A DNA stretch of 32,999 bases from a virus. Taxonomy: Duplodnaviria; Caudoviricetes. Position numbers and translations under genes: made by a program. The stretch is from positions 1 through 32,999 of the IMG/VR virus record IMGVR_UViG_3300020045_008068; one strand, given 5' to 3'. Shown piece after piece: positions 16,459-25,261 of the stretch. The notes under the pieces were generated by a model that ran no database searches, had not been told where the DNA came from, and saw nothing but the letters and a program-made list of their open reading frames with translations. Positions within the stretch are counted from its first letter, which is position 1; the number at the start of each line of letters is the position of its first letter.

Positions 16459-17289
16459 ATGGCATTACGTGACCAAGCAATCTCTCGCGGCGCATCAATT
16501 TTAATCTTCGATCCACGCGACATCGCAGAAATCGAAACCTTCAACACTCGCAACATGGAGTCTCCGGAAACAATCGCGTACATCCGGGGGATGGCCGACG
16601 CAATCAAGGAAAACGGTAACGAATCCTTCCCTCCCATCACAATTACCCAAGAGGGTGATCAGATCGCGGTGATGGCTGGATGGTGCAGGCGTAGAGCGCA
16701 TATCCTCGCAATGGATGAGGGTGCGCCAATCAAAGGGATCGCGTGTCTTGCTGCCGGAAAGAAAACCAAAGAGGATGTCACACTGGATATCCTTACCTCC
16801 AATTCCGGCCTTCCGTTATCTGCAATGGAGCGGGCCAAGGCAGTCAAGCGGCTTACATCATTCCTTTGGACTCCGGCAGACATCGCCAAGAAAACCGGGT
16901 GGTCGATCTCCACAGTCAATAATCTGATCGCCCTCTACGACGCTCCGGATGAAATTCAGAACATGGTGAATTGCGGCCAAGTCAGTGCGACATTCGCAAC
17001 AGAGATCGTGAAATCCAACCCCCCCGACGAAGCACTCAAAAAACTCAAATCCGCTGCCGATACCGCTGAAAAGGCCGGGAAGAAAAAGGCCACAAAGAAG
17101 GATCTCCAGAATGTAGCGGAGAAGGGGGTTAGTTGGAAAAAGTACGGGCCGCAACTCTATAAAATTCTCAACGCGATCTACGAATGTCCCGTGAGCGACC
17201 GGAGCAAGTTGCAGGAGAAAATCGCTGCGGCTGGGGAGTTGCTGGCTGACATGGAAACGCAATATCCGAATCTGAGAGAGGAGGAGTAA
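16459..17289 (+). CDS. ParB/Srx-like protein with an HTH
   Basis: FNTR, PPITI, AGWCRRRA, LSAMERA and the HTH PADIAKKTGWSISTV. Confidence 0.8.
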   Translation: MALRDQAISRGASILIFDPRDIAEIETFNTRNMESPETIAYIRGMADAIKENGNESFPPITITQEGDQIAVMAGWCRRRAHILAMDEGAPIKGIACLAAGKKTKEDVTLDILTSNSGLPLSAMERAKAVKRLTSFLWTPADIAKKTGWSISTVNNLIALYDAPDEIQNMVNCGQVSATFATEIVKSNPPDEALKKLKSAADTAEKAGKKKATKKDLQNVAEKGVSWKKYGPQLYKILNAIYECPVSDRSKLQEKIAAAGELLADMETQYPNLREEE

Positions 17290-17290
17290 C

Positions 17291-17506
17291 ATGGAACTGA
17301 TCGACACGGAAGAGAAGGCGAAAGAGAAAATATGTGTGGAAATGAGGGCGGTTTCCATAGGAGGCTATCGAGACTCAGCGAGAAATTCTGAATTCGATGG
17401 TCCGACAATGATCAGGGCAACACAATGTGTTGGCTCTAGGTGCATGATGTTCCGCTATGATGGCAACACAAGCCAGTTTTTCTGTGGAAAGGCTGGGAAA
17501 CCCTAA
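17291..17506 (+). CDS. Small Cys-rich hypothetical protein
   Basis: GAGGAG RBS. Four Cys residues, including CVGSRCMMF and FCGKAG. Confidence 0.6.
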   Translation: MELIDTEEKAKEKICVEMRAVSIGGYRDSARNSEFDGPTMIRATQCVGSRCMMFRYDGNTSQFFCGKAGKP

Positions 17507-18255
17507 TGGAACCAATCAAAATTTCCGCCAAAAACCTCGGTCAGACAGCTCTGGAGGATTTCTGTCCACGGTGTTATTGGATTAAACTTCGGACAGGCTT
17601 TAAACTCCCGTGGCAGTCATTTCCGGGAATATTCTCATCAATCGATTCCTACACGAAATCGTGTATTCATCAAATTATTGATAACCGCTATAAGGATGAA
17701 GAGTCTGGGACCATTCCTGATTGGATGCAAAAAATGGGGAATATTACTAGTTACGAAAAAGTCCCCCATTGGAGCAAGAACACCTACCATGATGAGAAAA
17801 CCAACATCACGTTTCAAGGCGCACAGGATGATATTCTGGTGTGCAGCGATGGATCTCGGATTGTGCCTGATTATAAGACAGCCAAGCACACCGATACCCA
17901 GGATAAATTGTTCCCACTCTACGAAGTTCAAGAAAACGTCTACTCAATTCTATCCGAAAAAGACGGTCAAACTCCTGTGAAATTATTCCTTGTTTACATG
18001 GAACCATGCACCGAACCATCCTACGCATCGGATAACATTATCGACTGCGGATTCCGGATGTGCTTTTCAGGAGTCGTAGTGCCGGTTAAGCGTGACCGAT
18101 CAATCGTGCGTAAGGCATTGAATACGACGAGAGAGATCGCAGACATGCCAATCGCTCCAAAGGGTAGAGTCGGATGTAAGGACTGCGAACAGCTGGATAG
18201 GGTGATCGGCCTACTCGGAATGGCTCCACACAGTAATGCAGGACTGGAGGAATAG
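17506..18255 (+). CDS. PD-(D/E)XK nuclease, Cas4-like
   Basis: Motifs CPRCYW, QDDIL...PDYKT, Q..VY and C-terminal CKDC. Confidence 0.75.
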   Translation: MEPIKISAKNLGQTALEDFCPRCYWIKLRTGFKLPWQSFPGIFSSIDSYTKSCIHQIIDNRYKDEESGTIPDWMQKMGNITSYEKVPHWSKNTYHDEKTNITFQGAQDDILVCSDGSRIVPDYKTAKHTDTQDKLFPLYEVQENVYSILSEKDGQTPVKLFLVYMEPCTEPSYASDNIIDCGFRMCFSGVVVPVKRDRSIVRKALNTTREIADMPIAPKGRVGCKDCEQLDRVIGLLGMAPHSNAGLEE

Positions 18256-18258
18256 GAA

Positions 18259-18462
18259 TTGAAAACCTCCCCCACTAAACCATCTCAAACTTTCTACCAT
18301 GTAACAATCGACGGGGAGGCGTTCGATACCACCGCATCCAATCCAAACGCCGCGATATCGAAGTGTGCGTATAAATACGGATATCGGATGGGAGTGCCGG
18401 TTGCGCTGGTACAGTGGAAGATTAAAAAGGGGGAGTTGGGGGTGAAGGTTAAGGAGGGGTAA
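18259..18462 (+). CDS. Hypothetical protein
   Basis: TTG start after GGAGGAATAGGA. Tightly packed with its neighbours. Confidence 0.55.
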   Translation: MKTSPTKPSQTFYHVTIDGEAFDTTASNPNAAISKCAYKYGYRMGVPVALVQWKIKKGELGVKVKEG

Positions 18463-18465
18463 TTT

Positions 18466-18606
18466 ATGAATGAGGCAATGGTTGGATTTTTAGTTTTATT
18501 TGCTATCACAATTATTATTTTGCAGCCCGGAACATGGGTCGATTGGACGTTTGAAGGAATAGTGCTTGTTTCGTATTGGGTAGCTGTCAAATTTTGGATA
18601 TTATAA
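18466..18606 (+). CDS. Small two-helix membrane protein (46 aa)
   Basis: Translates as MNEAMVGFLVLFAITIIILQPGTWVDWTFEGIVLVSYWVAVKFWIL after AAGGAGG. Confidence 0.6.
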   Translation: MNEAMVGFLVLFAITIIILQPGTWVDWTFEGIVLVSYWVAVKFWIL

Positions 18607-18629
18607 CCCATAGAAAAAGGAGAAATTGC

Positions 18630-20054
18630 ATGAAAATCATCAGTCTTGCCGTATCAAATATCATGAAAGTGACCGCCGCGCTTATCCAGCCCAAGTCCGA
18701 TGTGGTTGTAATCCAGGGGGAGAATGAGGCAGGCAAAAGCTCCCTGTTAAATTCAATAGTTATGGCATTTTCCGGAGATCGTGCATTGCCAGAAATGCCT
18801 TTGAGACGAGGCCAGAAAAAAGGAGAGATTGTTGTTAAATTGGATGGCGATAAGGCTCTCGGAATTCCTCCCTTCGTAATCACAAGGAGCGTAACGGATA
18901 AAAAAGCCTACGTGAAAATCGAGCCGGAATCCGTTACCGCTGGCGAAACCCCCAGATCGTTTCTGGACAAGTTGATCGGCTCCATTTCTTTCGATCCCCT
19001 TAAATTCATTAACGAGGATTCCAAAAAACAAAAAGACACATTACTTCGATTGATTGGAATCGACCCGGACGAATGGGCCACAAAAGAAAAAATCGCATTC
19101 GACAAGCGCACGGAACTGGGCAGGCAACTCAAAATCGCAGAGGCCAAGGTTAAGGATGCGGTTATTCATGAAGGAGTTGGATCGGAGGAGGTCAAGGTTG
19201 GGGAGTTGACGGATAAACTCCAGAAGGCACTCAAAGATAACCAGGAAATCATCAACCGCAAAGAAGCCAATAACCGATTGAAGGCCGATGCACTCGAAAT
19301 AAAGGAGACTAAGATCCCTACGGTTCGTAACGAGATATTCGACCTCGAAACCAAACTCGCGGCAAAAAAGGAAGAATTACAGGAACTTGAAAATAGTTTA
19401 GCAATGAAACGCGAACAACATAAGGCGGAGAAGGATGATCTTGCCCTTACATTCCCAACCGATACCGCAGAAATCGAGGCCGAAATTGCAAATATCGAAT
19501 CTACCAACGCCAAGATCCGGCACAACAATAAAGTCACAGAGGATGTCCGCGATAAGGATACGAAAAAGTTCTTATATGAGCAGGCCGATAATGATGTGGG
19601 GTGTGTTCGCGCTCAAAGATTAAAGTTGATCCAGGAGGCAACCATGCCCATTCCCGGCCTCGCAATTGACGATGACGGGATTTTATACAACTCCATTCCC
19701 CTCGACCAATGTTCCGATGGCGCAAAGTTGATGATTGGGGTTGCGATTTCAATGGCCCTGAATCCAACTATGAGGGTGATTCAGATAAAGGATGGATCTC
19801 TCCTCGACAAGAAAAACATGGAATTATTGAGAAAGGTTGTCAAGGATAAGGATTTCCAGCTCTGGGTAGAAAAGGTCAATGATATTGATGGGTACGACGC
19901 TTCTGGAAAAATTGGAATTTTCGTATCGGAAGGTGAAATCCAATACGTTGACGGGGTGAAGGTTGAAAAAGAATGTGCTCCCAAGGTCGAAAAGAAATCC
20001 AAATCTGAATCCACAAAAGTAATTACAGATCCCAAAGTCGATGAGGAGTGGTAG
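18630..20054 (+). CDS. SMC/Rad50-like ABC ATPase with a coiled coil
   Basis: Walker A GENEAGKS, long coiled coil, signature CSDG and Walker B/D-loop IQIKDGSLLD. ATG at 18630 after AAGGAG. Confidence 0.8.
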   Translation: MKIISLAVSNIMKVTAALIQPKSDVVVIQGENEAGKSSLLNSIVMAFSGDRALPEMPLRRGQKKGEIVVKLDGDKALGIPPFVITRSVTDKKAYVKIEPESVTAGETPRSFLDKLIGSISFDPLKFINEDSKKQKDTLLRLIGIDPDEWATKEKIAFDKRTELGRQLKIAEAKVKDAVIHEGVGSEEVKVGELTDKLQKALKDNQEIINRKEANNRLKADALEIKETKIPTVRNEIFDLETKLAAKKEELQELENSLAMKREQHKAEKDDLALTFPTDTAEIEAEIANIESTNAKIRHNNKVTEDVRDKDTKKFLYEQADNDVGCVRAQRLKLIQEATMPIPGLAIDDDGILYNSIPLDQCSDGAKLMIGVAISMALNPTMRVIQIKDGSLLDKKNMELLRKVVKDKDFQLWVEKVNDIDGYDASGKIGIFVSEGEIQYVDGVKVEKECAPKVEKKSKSESTKVITDPKVDEEW

Positions 20055-20056
20055 CC

Positions 20057-20233
20057 ATGAAACACGAACCCGATCTATCCCGAATGTCCAAGACAATGCT
20101 CCAATCGGAATTGAATGCTTATAACCTTTTGATATTCTTAACTCCAGATCAAAAGGAATACATGAATCGATTAGAGGCGGAAATAAACAAACGAATCGAA
20201 GATGAATGCATAAACGACACTCAGGAGGTGTGA
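20057..20233 (+). CDS. Hypothetical protein
   Basis: ATG after GAGGAG. Fills the gap in the operon. Confidence 0.5.
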   Translation: MKHEPDLSRMSKTMLQSELNAYNLLIFLTPDQKEYMNRLEAEINKRIEDECINDTQEV

Positions 20234-20235
20234 AA

Positions 20236-20508
20236 ATGGCAAAGGAAGCGACAAAAATCGATCCCAAGGAAGTCGTAACAATCCCGAAACCCAGATTACT
20301 CAAATCGCGCAAACAGGCCAAGAAATCCGATCCCAAAGATAACCACATCGCGGATGCAATCATCTCCATCGCAGGGGTAGCGATGATAATCCCTTGCTTG
20401 TTTTATGGAGTATTTGTATTCATCGGAGCCGGGTTTAAATCAGCCCTGGAAGCATCATTGAAAATGTATAACGATGTAATGCGCGATGCGGAAAAGTGGA
20501 GCAAATAA
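20236..20508 (+). CDS. Hypothetical membrane protein
   Basis: ATG after AGGAGGTG. Hydrophobic stretch AIISIAGVAMIIPCLFYGVFVFIGAG. Confidence 0.6.
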   Translation: MAKEATKIDPKEVVTIPKPRLLKSRKQAKKSDPKDNHIADAIISIAGVAMIIPCLFYGVFVFIGAGFKSALEASLKMYNDVMRDAEKWSK

Positions 20509-20537
20509 TAACTATCGTCAATCCGTGAGGCCATAAA

Positions 20538-20777
20538 ATGCCAACAACTGCCGGACGAAATCCCGATCAATGGAGCCATAACTTGTACTCACTCAAATTA
20601 ATCAAAGCAGATAATGTTGTTGTTGGGGATGTGTTGGAGCATCCGAATTTACAGGTGTTTAGGAGGGTGGTGACGATTGAAAGACAGTTTGGGCGGATTT
20701 ATTTTTTGTTTGGGGATTCGCAACCCAGGACCGCGCTTATGGATGATCTGGTAATTGTGGGGAGGGTGGATGGATGA
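20538..20777 (+). CDS. Hypothetical protein
   Basis: 79 aa. ATGA overlap with the next gene. Confidence 0.55.
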   Translation: MPTTAGRNPDQWSHNLYSLKLIKADNVVVGDVLEHPNLQVFRRVVTIERQFGRIYFLFGDSQPRTALMDDLVIVGRVDG

Positions 20778-21286
20778 AAGCGACCCCTCGTACCGCCAAC
20801 GACATCGGCAAATTAACCTGTGAATACAAACTTAAGCCATTCAAATTCCCAGACGGGTTGATAATTCTCCAAGACACCCGTGAGCAGATTCCATTATTTA
20901 CCCGTATTCCCAAAGGACTTACGATCCGATCCGAAAAACTTGACACGGGAGACTATAGCATTGTGGGGTTCACGAAAAACTTCTGTGTCGAGCGGAAAAT
21001 GATATCCGATTTATTATCCTTCTGCACAACAGAACGCGATAAAACCAAACAGAAACTCGAACGGATGGGGAAGATGGATTGGTCTGCATTGGTAATCGAG
21101 GCCAAAGAATCCGACCTGTACCGTCCATACCTAAACTCATCCATATCCCCAGAGGTGATCCGGCAGAGTTTGGTATCATTTTCAATTCGTTGGGGAGTGC
21201 ACATTTACATCGGAAATCGTGAGAATTGTTGTAGATTTATTTTGGATCACTGTATTAAATATTACCGCGTAAAAAAAGAATTATAA
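20774..21286 (+). CDS. ERCC4/XPF-domain nuclease
   Basis: Motifs QDTREQ, LDTGDYS and VERKMISDL. Confidence 0.85.
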   Translation: MKATPRTANDIGKLTCEYKLKPFKFPDGLIILQDTREQIPLFTRIPKGLTIRSEKLDTGDYSIVGFTKNFCVERKMISDLLSFCTTERDKTKQKLERMGKMDWSALVIEAKESDLYRPYLNSSISPEVIRQSLVSFSIRWGVHIYIGNRENCCRFILDHCIKYYRVKKEL

Positions 21287-21303
21287 AAACATAAAAATAA
21301 CCC

Positions 21304-21332
21304 TTGACACAACAATTAATATAATATAATGT
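21304..21332 (+). promoter_or_regulatory. Sigma70-like promoter P3
   Basis: TTGACA-17 bp-TAATGT. Confidence 0.75.
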
Positions 21333-21361
21333 AACACCAAAATTACCCAGGGAGGCTCAAT

Positions 21362-22075
21362 ATGATTACGTGGATTGCATTGGTGGCCGGGTTATTTATT
21401 GGTGCGGTTTTGGGAATTATGGTTATTTGCCTTCTTATTGGGGGGAACAGGGTGACGGAGAATGATTTACTCTCCAAGATCACCGCTCTCCGGCAGCAGG
21501 TGGAGGAGAGGGATGGGGAGATTGCGCGGATTACCCAAAACAGAGACGCGTGTGCCAAGGTTTTTGAGATTGACAGACTCCACTCGACAGGCGGGGCTGA
21601 CGGCAAAAGATGGGGAGATTGTGAATGTCCATCATGCTCCCTTCATCTGTGCTATCAGCAAAGGATTGCCTCTCTCACCGCCGAACGGGACGCCCTCACC
21701 ACCGACCGCGCTATCCTCGCCGCCAAGCTCTCTGAAATGATCGTCGTGGGGTCCGTCTGCCTTGCCTGCTCGCTGGATGTCAAGAAAGCATACGAGGATC
21801 TTGAGTCCAGGATGGCAGCGATGACCGCCAACATGAGCAGGAGCAGCGTGGATATCGAGCGGGAGAATTTCAGGCTGAGGGAATTCGCGGACAAGGTAGA
21901 GATCGCCTATCCCGATTTCTACGAGCACCATAAAGCCGCATTGGAGGGAGGGAAGGAGCCAACAATGGATTCCACCTACCATGACGGAAGTAATCACCCT
22001 GTATGTCATAAGTGCGGATTCTGTAAAATATGTGGAGACTGTGAGAAATACGGATGTGGAAAGGAGAAACCATGA
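21362..22075 (+). CDS. Hypothetical protein with an N-terminal membrane helix, coiled coil and Cys-rich segments
   Basis: GGGAGG RBS. Contains TWIALVAGLFIGAVLGIMVICLL, CECPSC and CHKCGFCKICGDC. Confidence 0.6.
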   Translation: MITWIALVAGLFIGAVLGIMVICLLIGGNRVTENDLLSKITALRQQVEERDGEIARITQNRDACAKVFEIDRLHSTGGADGKRWGDCECPSCSLHLCYQQRIASLTAERDALTTDRAILAAKLSEMIVVGSVCLACSLDVKKAYEDLESRMAAMTANMSRSSVDIERENFRLREFADKVEIAYPDFYEHHKAALEGGKEPTMDSTYHDGSNHPVCHKCGFCKICGDCEKYGCGKEKP

Positions 22076-22428
22076 ATCCACTAAATCATGCCAGCCTTGA
22101 AGCCAGCCTGCGTCTTGATAAGGCAGGAATTGTGCTAGAGACGGAGCAACACCTACGTGTACAGGATTTGAAAACTTTTCAATGGAAAAACATACCACGA
22201 CCATCAATGGCCGAGGTGTGGAGGGAGTTGCCGGAATCGCTTCCCGGCGCGATAACAGACTGGTCATTGGAATTATTGAAGCAAGGGGACGAGACCTTGG
22301 TGTGCTATTTCAAGGTAGACTTCTGCGATAACTATTCCTCAAAAGGAGACCAACGAAACACCAACCCCACCGACGCTCTGATCGACCTGAGAATCTGGAT
22401 CGAAGAGCAGAAAGGAAAGAAGTCATGA
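22072..22428 (+). CDS. Hypothetical phage protein
   Basis: ATG after AAGGAG, with ATGA overlaps on both sides. Confidence 0.6.
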   Translation: MNPLNHASLEASLRLDKAGIVLETEQHLRVQDLKTFQWKNIPRPSMAEVWRELPESLPGAITDWSLELLKQGDETLVCYFKVDFCDNYSSKGDQRNTNPTDALIDLRIWIEEQKGKKS

Positions 22429-22619
22429 AAGTCACCGTGGAGATTAAGCGTTGCAGTCAGTGCCCACATTCTACGGATAGTGATTCTCTCCACAGCGATC
22501 CTTTCACTGATAGTCCATACCCTGTCAGGTGGTATTGTAAACACAAAAGTCTCGACAGGTTTATGTTAGTGCAAAGAGACAAGATAAGCACGGACTGCCC
22601 ATTAAGGAGGAACCCATGA
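22425..22619 (+). CDS. Small Cys-rich protein
   Basis: CSQCP...C...CPL pattern. ATGA overlaps. Confidence 0.6.
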   Translation: MKVTVEIKRCSQCPHSTDSDSLHSDPFTDSPYPVRWYCKHKSLDRFMLVQRDKISTDCPLRRNP

Positions 22620-23029
22620 TCGACCAACAAGTTATCGACCTGCTCACCCTGCTCAAGCCGGAGATTGATAAGGCGATGGGGGAGTGGCAAGACGGTGATA
22701 AAGCCTACAGAGAGAGAGCTGGAATTGGCATCTATATTAACAGGGGATATGATGAAATAATCTTCAAATCGGGCAGCATATATCTTCCAGATGACCTCGA
22801 ATTGATCCGCATCCCCCCTCCTCTCCCTCTCCCCGGACAGGAGGCGGGGAGGACGCTGTGGGAGATGGTGGAAGGAACTGACAGGAAGGTAAAGCTAACC
22901 CATACCACAGACGGGTTATATGTCGTATCGGTATTGGTACCGGCACAGGGAATCACCACTTGCGAGGCCGACACTCCCTACTTGGCCCTGTTGAAAGCCT
23001 TTGCGCGGCAGCATGGGAAGGAGGTTTGA
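22616..23029 (+). CDS. Hypothetical phage protein
   Basis: AAGGAGG RBS. C-terminal ADTPYLALLKA. Confidence 0.6.
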   Translation: MIDQQVIDLLTLLKPEIDKAMGEWQDGDKAYRERAGIGIYINRGYDEIIFKSGSIYLPDDLELIRIPPPLPLPGQEAGRTLWEMVEGTDRKVKLTHTTDGLYVVSVLVPAQGITTCEADTPYLALLKAFARQHGKEV

Positions 23030-23112
23030 TGATGGTAATAGACTTTCCGGAAATGGCCTTGATTGCCATTTGTTTGGTTATTGCAATCGGAATCCTTTAC
23101 GAAAGGTGGTAA
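23029..23112 (+). CDS. Small membrane peptide (27 aa)
   Basis: Translates as MMVIDFPEMALIAICLVIAIGILYERW. TGATG overlap and AAGGAGG RBS. Confidence 0.55.
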   Translation: MMVIDFPEMALIAICLVIAIGILYERW

Positions 23113-23116
23113 TCCA

Positions 23117-23506
23117 ATGACCCCAACCCTCACCGACCTTGCGCGGGAGTTTTGTAGGCAGAATGGGATCGCTTTCCATGACGTGCCCCCTACGCCTGAC
23201 AATGAAGGGTTCGCTCATTATGTCTGCTCCTGTGGGGTTGAGTTTTTCGCTCCAAGGGATTCCATTAGGCATCAGAACAAGCAAAACCCCGACCTCCTCG
23301 ACGCCCGGACGGTGCTTGATGTCTGCAAAGGGTGGAAGGGTTGGTCCGCCTTCCATCGAACATTCGGATCACGCGAAAGAACTATTATCGAGCCAGACGG
23401 AAATGAAACCGTGATCGGCGCAGAGATCCCAATCGACTTCATGCAAGACCGCACCGAGGGCAAGATGCTGCGTTGTGCCGTGGAATGGAGGAGGGAGCAT
23501 CCATGA
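23117..23506 (+). CDS. Hypothetical protein
   Basis: ATG after GAAAGGTGG. Contains CSCG...H. Confidence 0.55.
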   Translation: MTPTLTDLAREFCRQNGIAFHDVPPTPDNEGFAHYVCSCGVEFFAPRDSIRHQNKQNPDLLDARTVLDVCKGWKGWSAFHRTFGSRERTIIEPDGNETVIGAEIPIDFMQDRTEGKMLRCAVEWRREHP

Positions 23507-23907
23507 ATTGCGAGGGATGTATTTTCTTGGGAAAAGTCTTCGAACATCTTGCCAATTACGAAGGAACAAAGGAGTGGAGAGAATGTAAATATCTGCTTCC
23601 ATATTTTGCAACTCCGAAAGCTGTATCGGTTGAACATGAACACCGATGCTATGTAAGGGAGGAGGCCCAGCCGACCGGGGGAATACTTCTTAAGAGTGGA
23701 GAGCCAGAAGCCCTCATCATGGTCGCGCTGATGGAGGCCATTCAAAAGAAGGGACCGGACGAATGGCGGCGGTTCTGCGATTTTGCGTGGGGATGCTACT
23801 ACAGGGACCGCAAGACATCCGGCAGCACCATCGACTTTATCGCATGGCTCATGAACCCGCCCACCTTCTGCGAGGTCGCGGGGGAGTGGGTGGGAAAGGA
23901 GGGGTGA
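23503..23907 (+). CDS. Hypothetical protein with a Cys-rich N-terminus
   Basis: ATGA overlap and GGAGGGAG RBS. Begins CEGC. Confidence 0.55.
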   Translation: MNCEGCIFLGKVFEHLANYEGTKEWRECKYLLPYFATPKAVSVEHEHRCYVREEAQPTGGILLKSGEPEALIMVALMEAIQKKGPDEWRRFCDFAWGCYYRDRKTSGSTIDFIAWLMNPPTFCEVAGEWVGKEG

Positions 23908-23908
23908 G

Positions 23909-24091
23909 ATGATGTTTACTGATAACCAACTTTTATATGTCGCTAAGAAAGCAAATCAGCAGGGTGGCAGAGGGAAACGGTTGGTGTCCATAATTCTCCC
24001 GATATCAGCAACGGACGGGGAATTCGACTTTAAATTCGTTTACGACATCCCGGAACAGAGCGCGTCGGATAAAGATTGGCGGGACGAGTAA
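23909..24091 (+). CDS. Hypothetical protein
   Basis: AAGGAGGGG RBS. Last gene of the operon. Confidence 0.5.
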   Translation: MMFTDNQLLYVAKKANQQGGRGKRLVSIILPISATDGEFDFKFVYDIPEQSASDKDWRDE

Positions 24092-24200
24092 ATTCCCAGA
24101 AAGAGTGCGATCACATTAATGGGGGTGGGTCACACGAAAACACCGCACAGCGAATTCCGGCTGGCCTCTTTCTGGGTCTTGCAGACGGCTAAAAATTTAC

Positions 24201-24229
24201 TTGACAGTAGACCACTTTTAGTATATAAC
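24201..24229 (+). promoter_or_regulatory. Sigma70-like promoter P4
   Basis: TTGACA-17 bp-TATAAC. Confidence 0.6.
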
Positions 24230-24262
24230 CGTATCCAATAAAACCTGATAGGAGAAAAATCA

Positions 24263-24400
24263 ATGTCATTATCAATTCTTCACTGTTTGCGTTGCAATCA
24301 TTCCTGGCCTACAAAAGATAAATCGAAAGTTAAGGTCTGTCCCAAATGCAAATCTGCTTACTGGAATGTCCCCAAAAAACCACCCAAACAAACCAAATAA
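24263..24400 (+). CDS. Small zinc-ribbon protein (45 aa)
   Basis: Translates as MSLSILHCLRCNHSWPTKDKSKVKVCPKCKSAYWNVPKKPPKQTK after AGGAG. Two CxxC pairs. Confidence 0.75.
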   Translation: MSLSILHCLRCNHSWPTKDKSKVKVCPKCKSAYWNVPKKPPKQTK

Positions 24401-24467
24401 ATCTTCACTGAGTTGCCATAGACTATGGAGGGAAATTTATGAAAAATACTCTTTGGAGGTTTGAAAG

Positions 24468-25100
24468 ATGCGTGCAGAAGCGAGAGAAAAAGGAACGGAT
24501 GAATTGTGGGATGAGTTAGAAAAAAACAATGCTGCTCTTTTAAAAGAAGAATGGTGGAAGGAAATCAGGACAGATAAAATTCCATTCTGCCCTCGACCAA
24601 AAGGAGGGAAGCGGATAGATTTTTTTGCCTACAGCAACTTCCCAGATATGGCCTTGGAGATTAAAGAGGCGTTCTATGGGTTCAAGCATACTGGAGATGT
24701 CCATCGAACGGCTCATTATATCGGGATGTATTTATTGCGTGAAAAATACGTTAAAAATAAAGAAGAGCAACCGCTGGATGGGTTCATGGTAGCCACAAAA
24801 GAGATAATGCGTCGAGGCGTGGAACGAAAACGAATGCAAGAGGATTTCATGGGGTGCTTCGACCAGTGCATAGACGGACTCATGACTGCCGAAGAATTAG
24901 ACAGCGTGAGGAAGAAAATGGGAGCATCGATAAAGGATGAAGAGACTCAGCGATGGTTTGAGTCAATGACGAACTCCGTTATGAATGATGATACGGAGGT
25001 AAATAAATCCAAAAATCGCCAAAGAATGCGTGAGGTTAGGACAAAAATGGCAGGGTTAAGGCTGGTCTCGGACCGGGAGCGTGAAAGCGCGGAAGGGTGA
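24468..25100 (+). CDS. Hypothetical protein
   Basis: 210 aa, charged and helical, GGAGG RBS. No family recognised. Confidence 0.65.
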   Translation: MRAEAREKGTDELWDELEKNNAALLKEEWWKEIRTDKIPFCPRPKGGKRIDFFAYSNFPDMALEIKEAFYGFKHTGDVHRTAHYIGMYLLREKYVKNKEEQPLDGFMVATKEIMRRGVERKRMQEDFMGCFDQCIDGLMTAEELDSVRKKMGASIKDEETQRWFESMTNSVMNDDTEVNKSKNRQRMREVRTKMAGLRLVSDRERESAEG

Positions 25101-25254
25101 TTGTGTTGATGTGTGATTACGTGTTTATGTGGGAGTGTGATTGTGTGGGGGTTGTGCAAATAAGGCTATATAGGGAAAAAGTGTGGGACTGTGAGACCCG
25201 TGCGTGCACGCCTCCCACAATATAATTATAATTAGAATTAAAAATATATAGGGA
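25095..25254. repeat. TG-rich short repeats followed by an AT-only tract
   Basis: GTGATT x3, TGTGGG x3 plus an inverted TCCCACA, TATATAGGGA x2, and a near-pure A/T run at 25219-25250. Confidence 0.6.
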
Positions 25255-25261
25255 GCGGAAA

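Noticed and set aside
24095-24176. Hammerhead ribozyme
   Set aside because: No CUGANGA core on either strand.
24439-24519. 26-aa ORF MKNTLWRFERCVQKREKKERMNCGMS after the palindrome
   Set aside because: It has a plausible RBS but overlaps the 210-aa gene out of frame and has no other support, so it was left uncalled.
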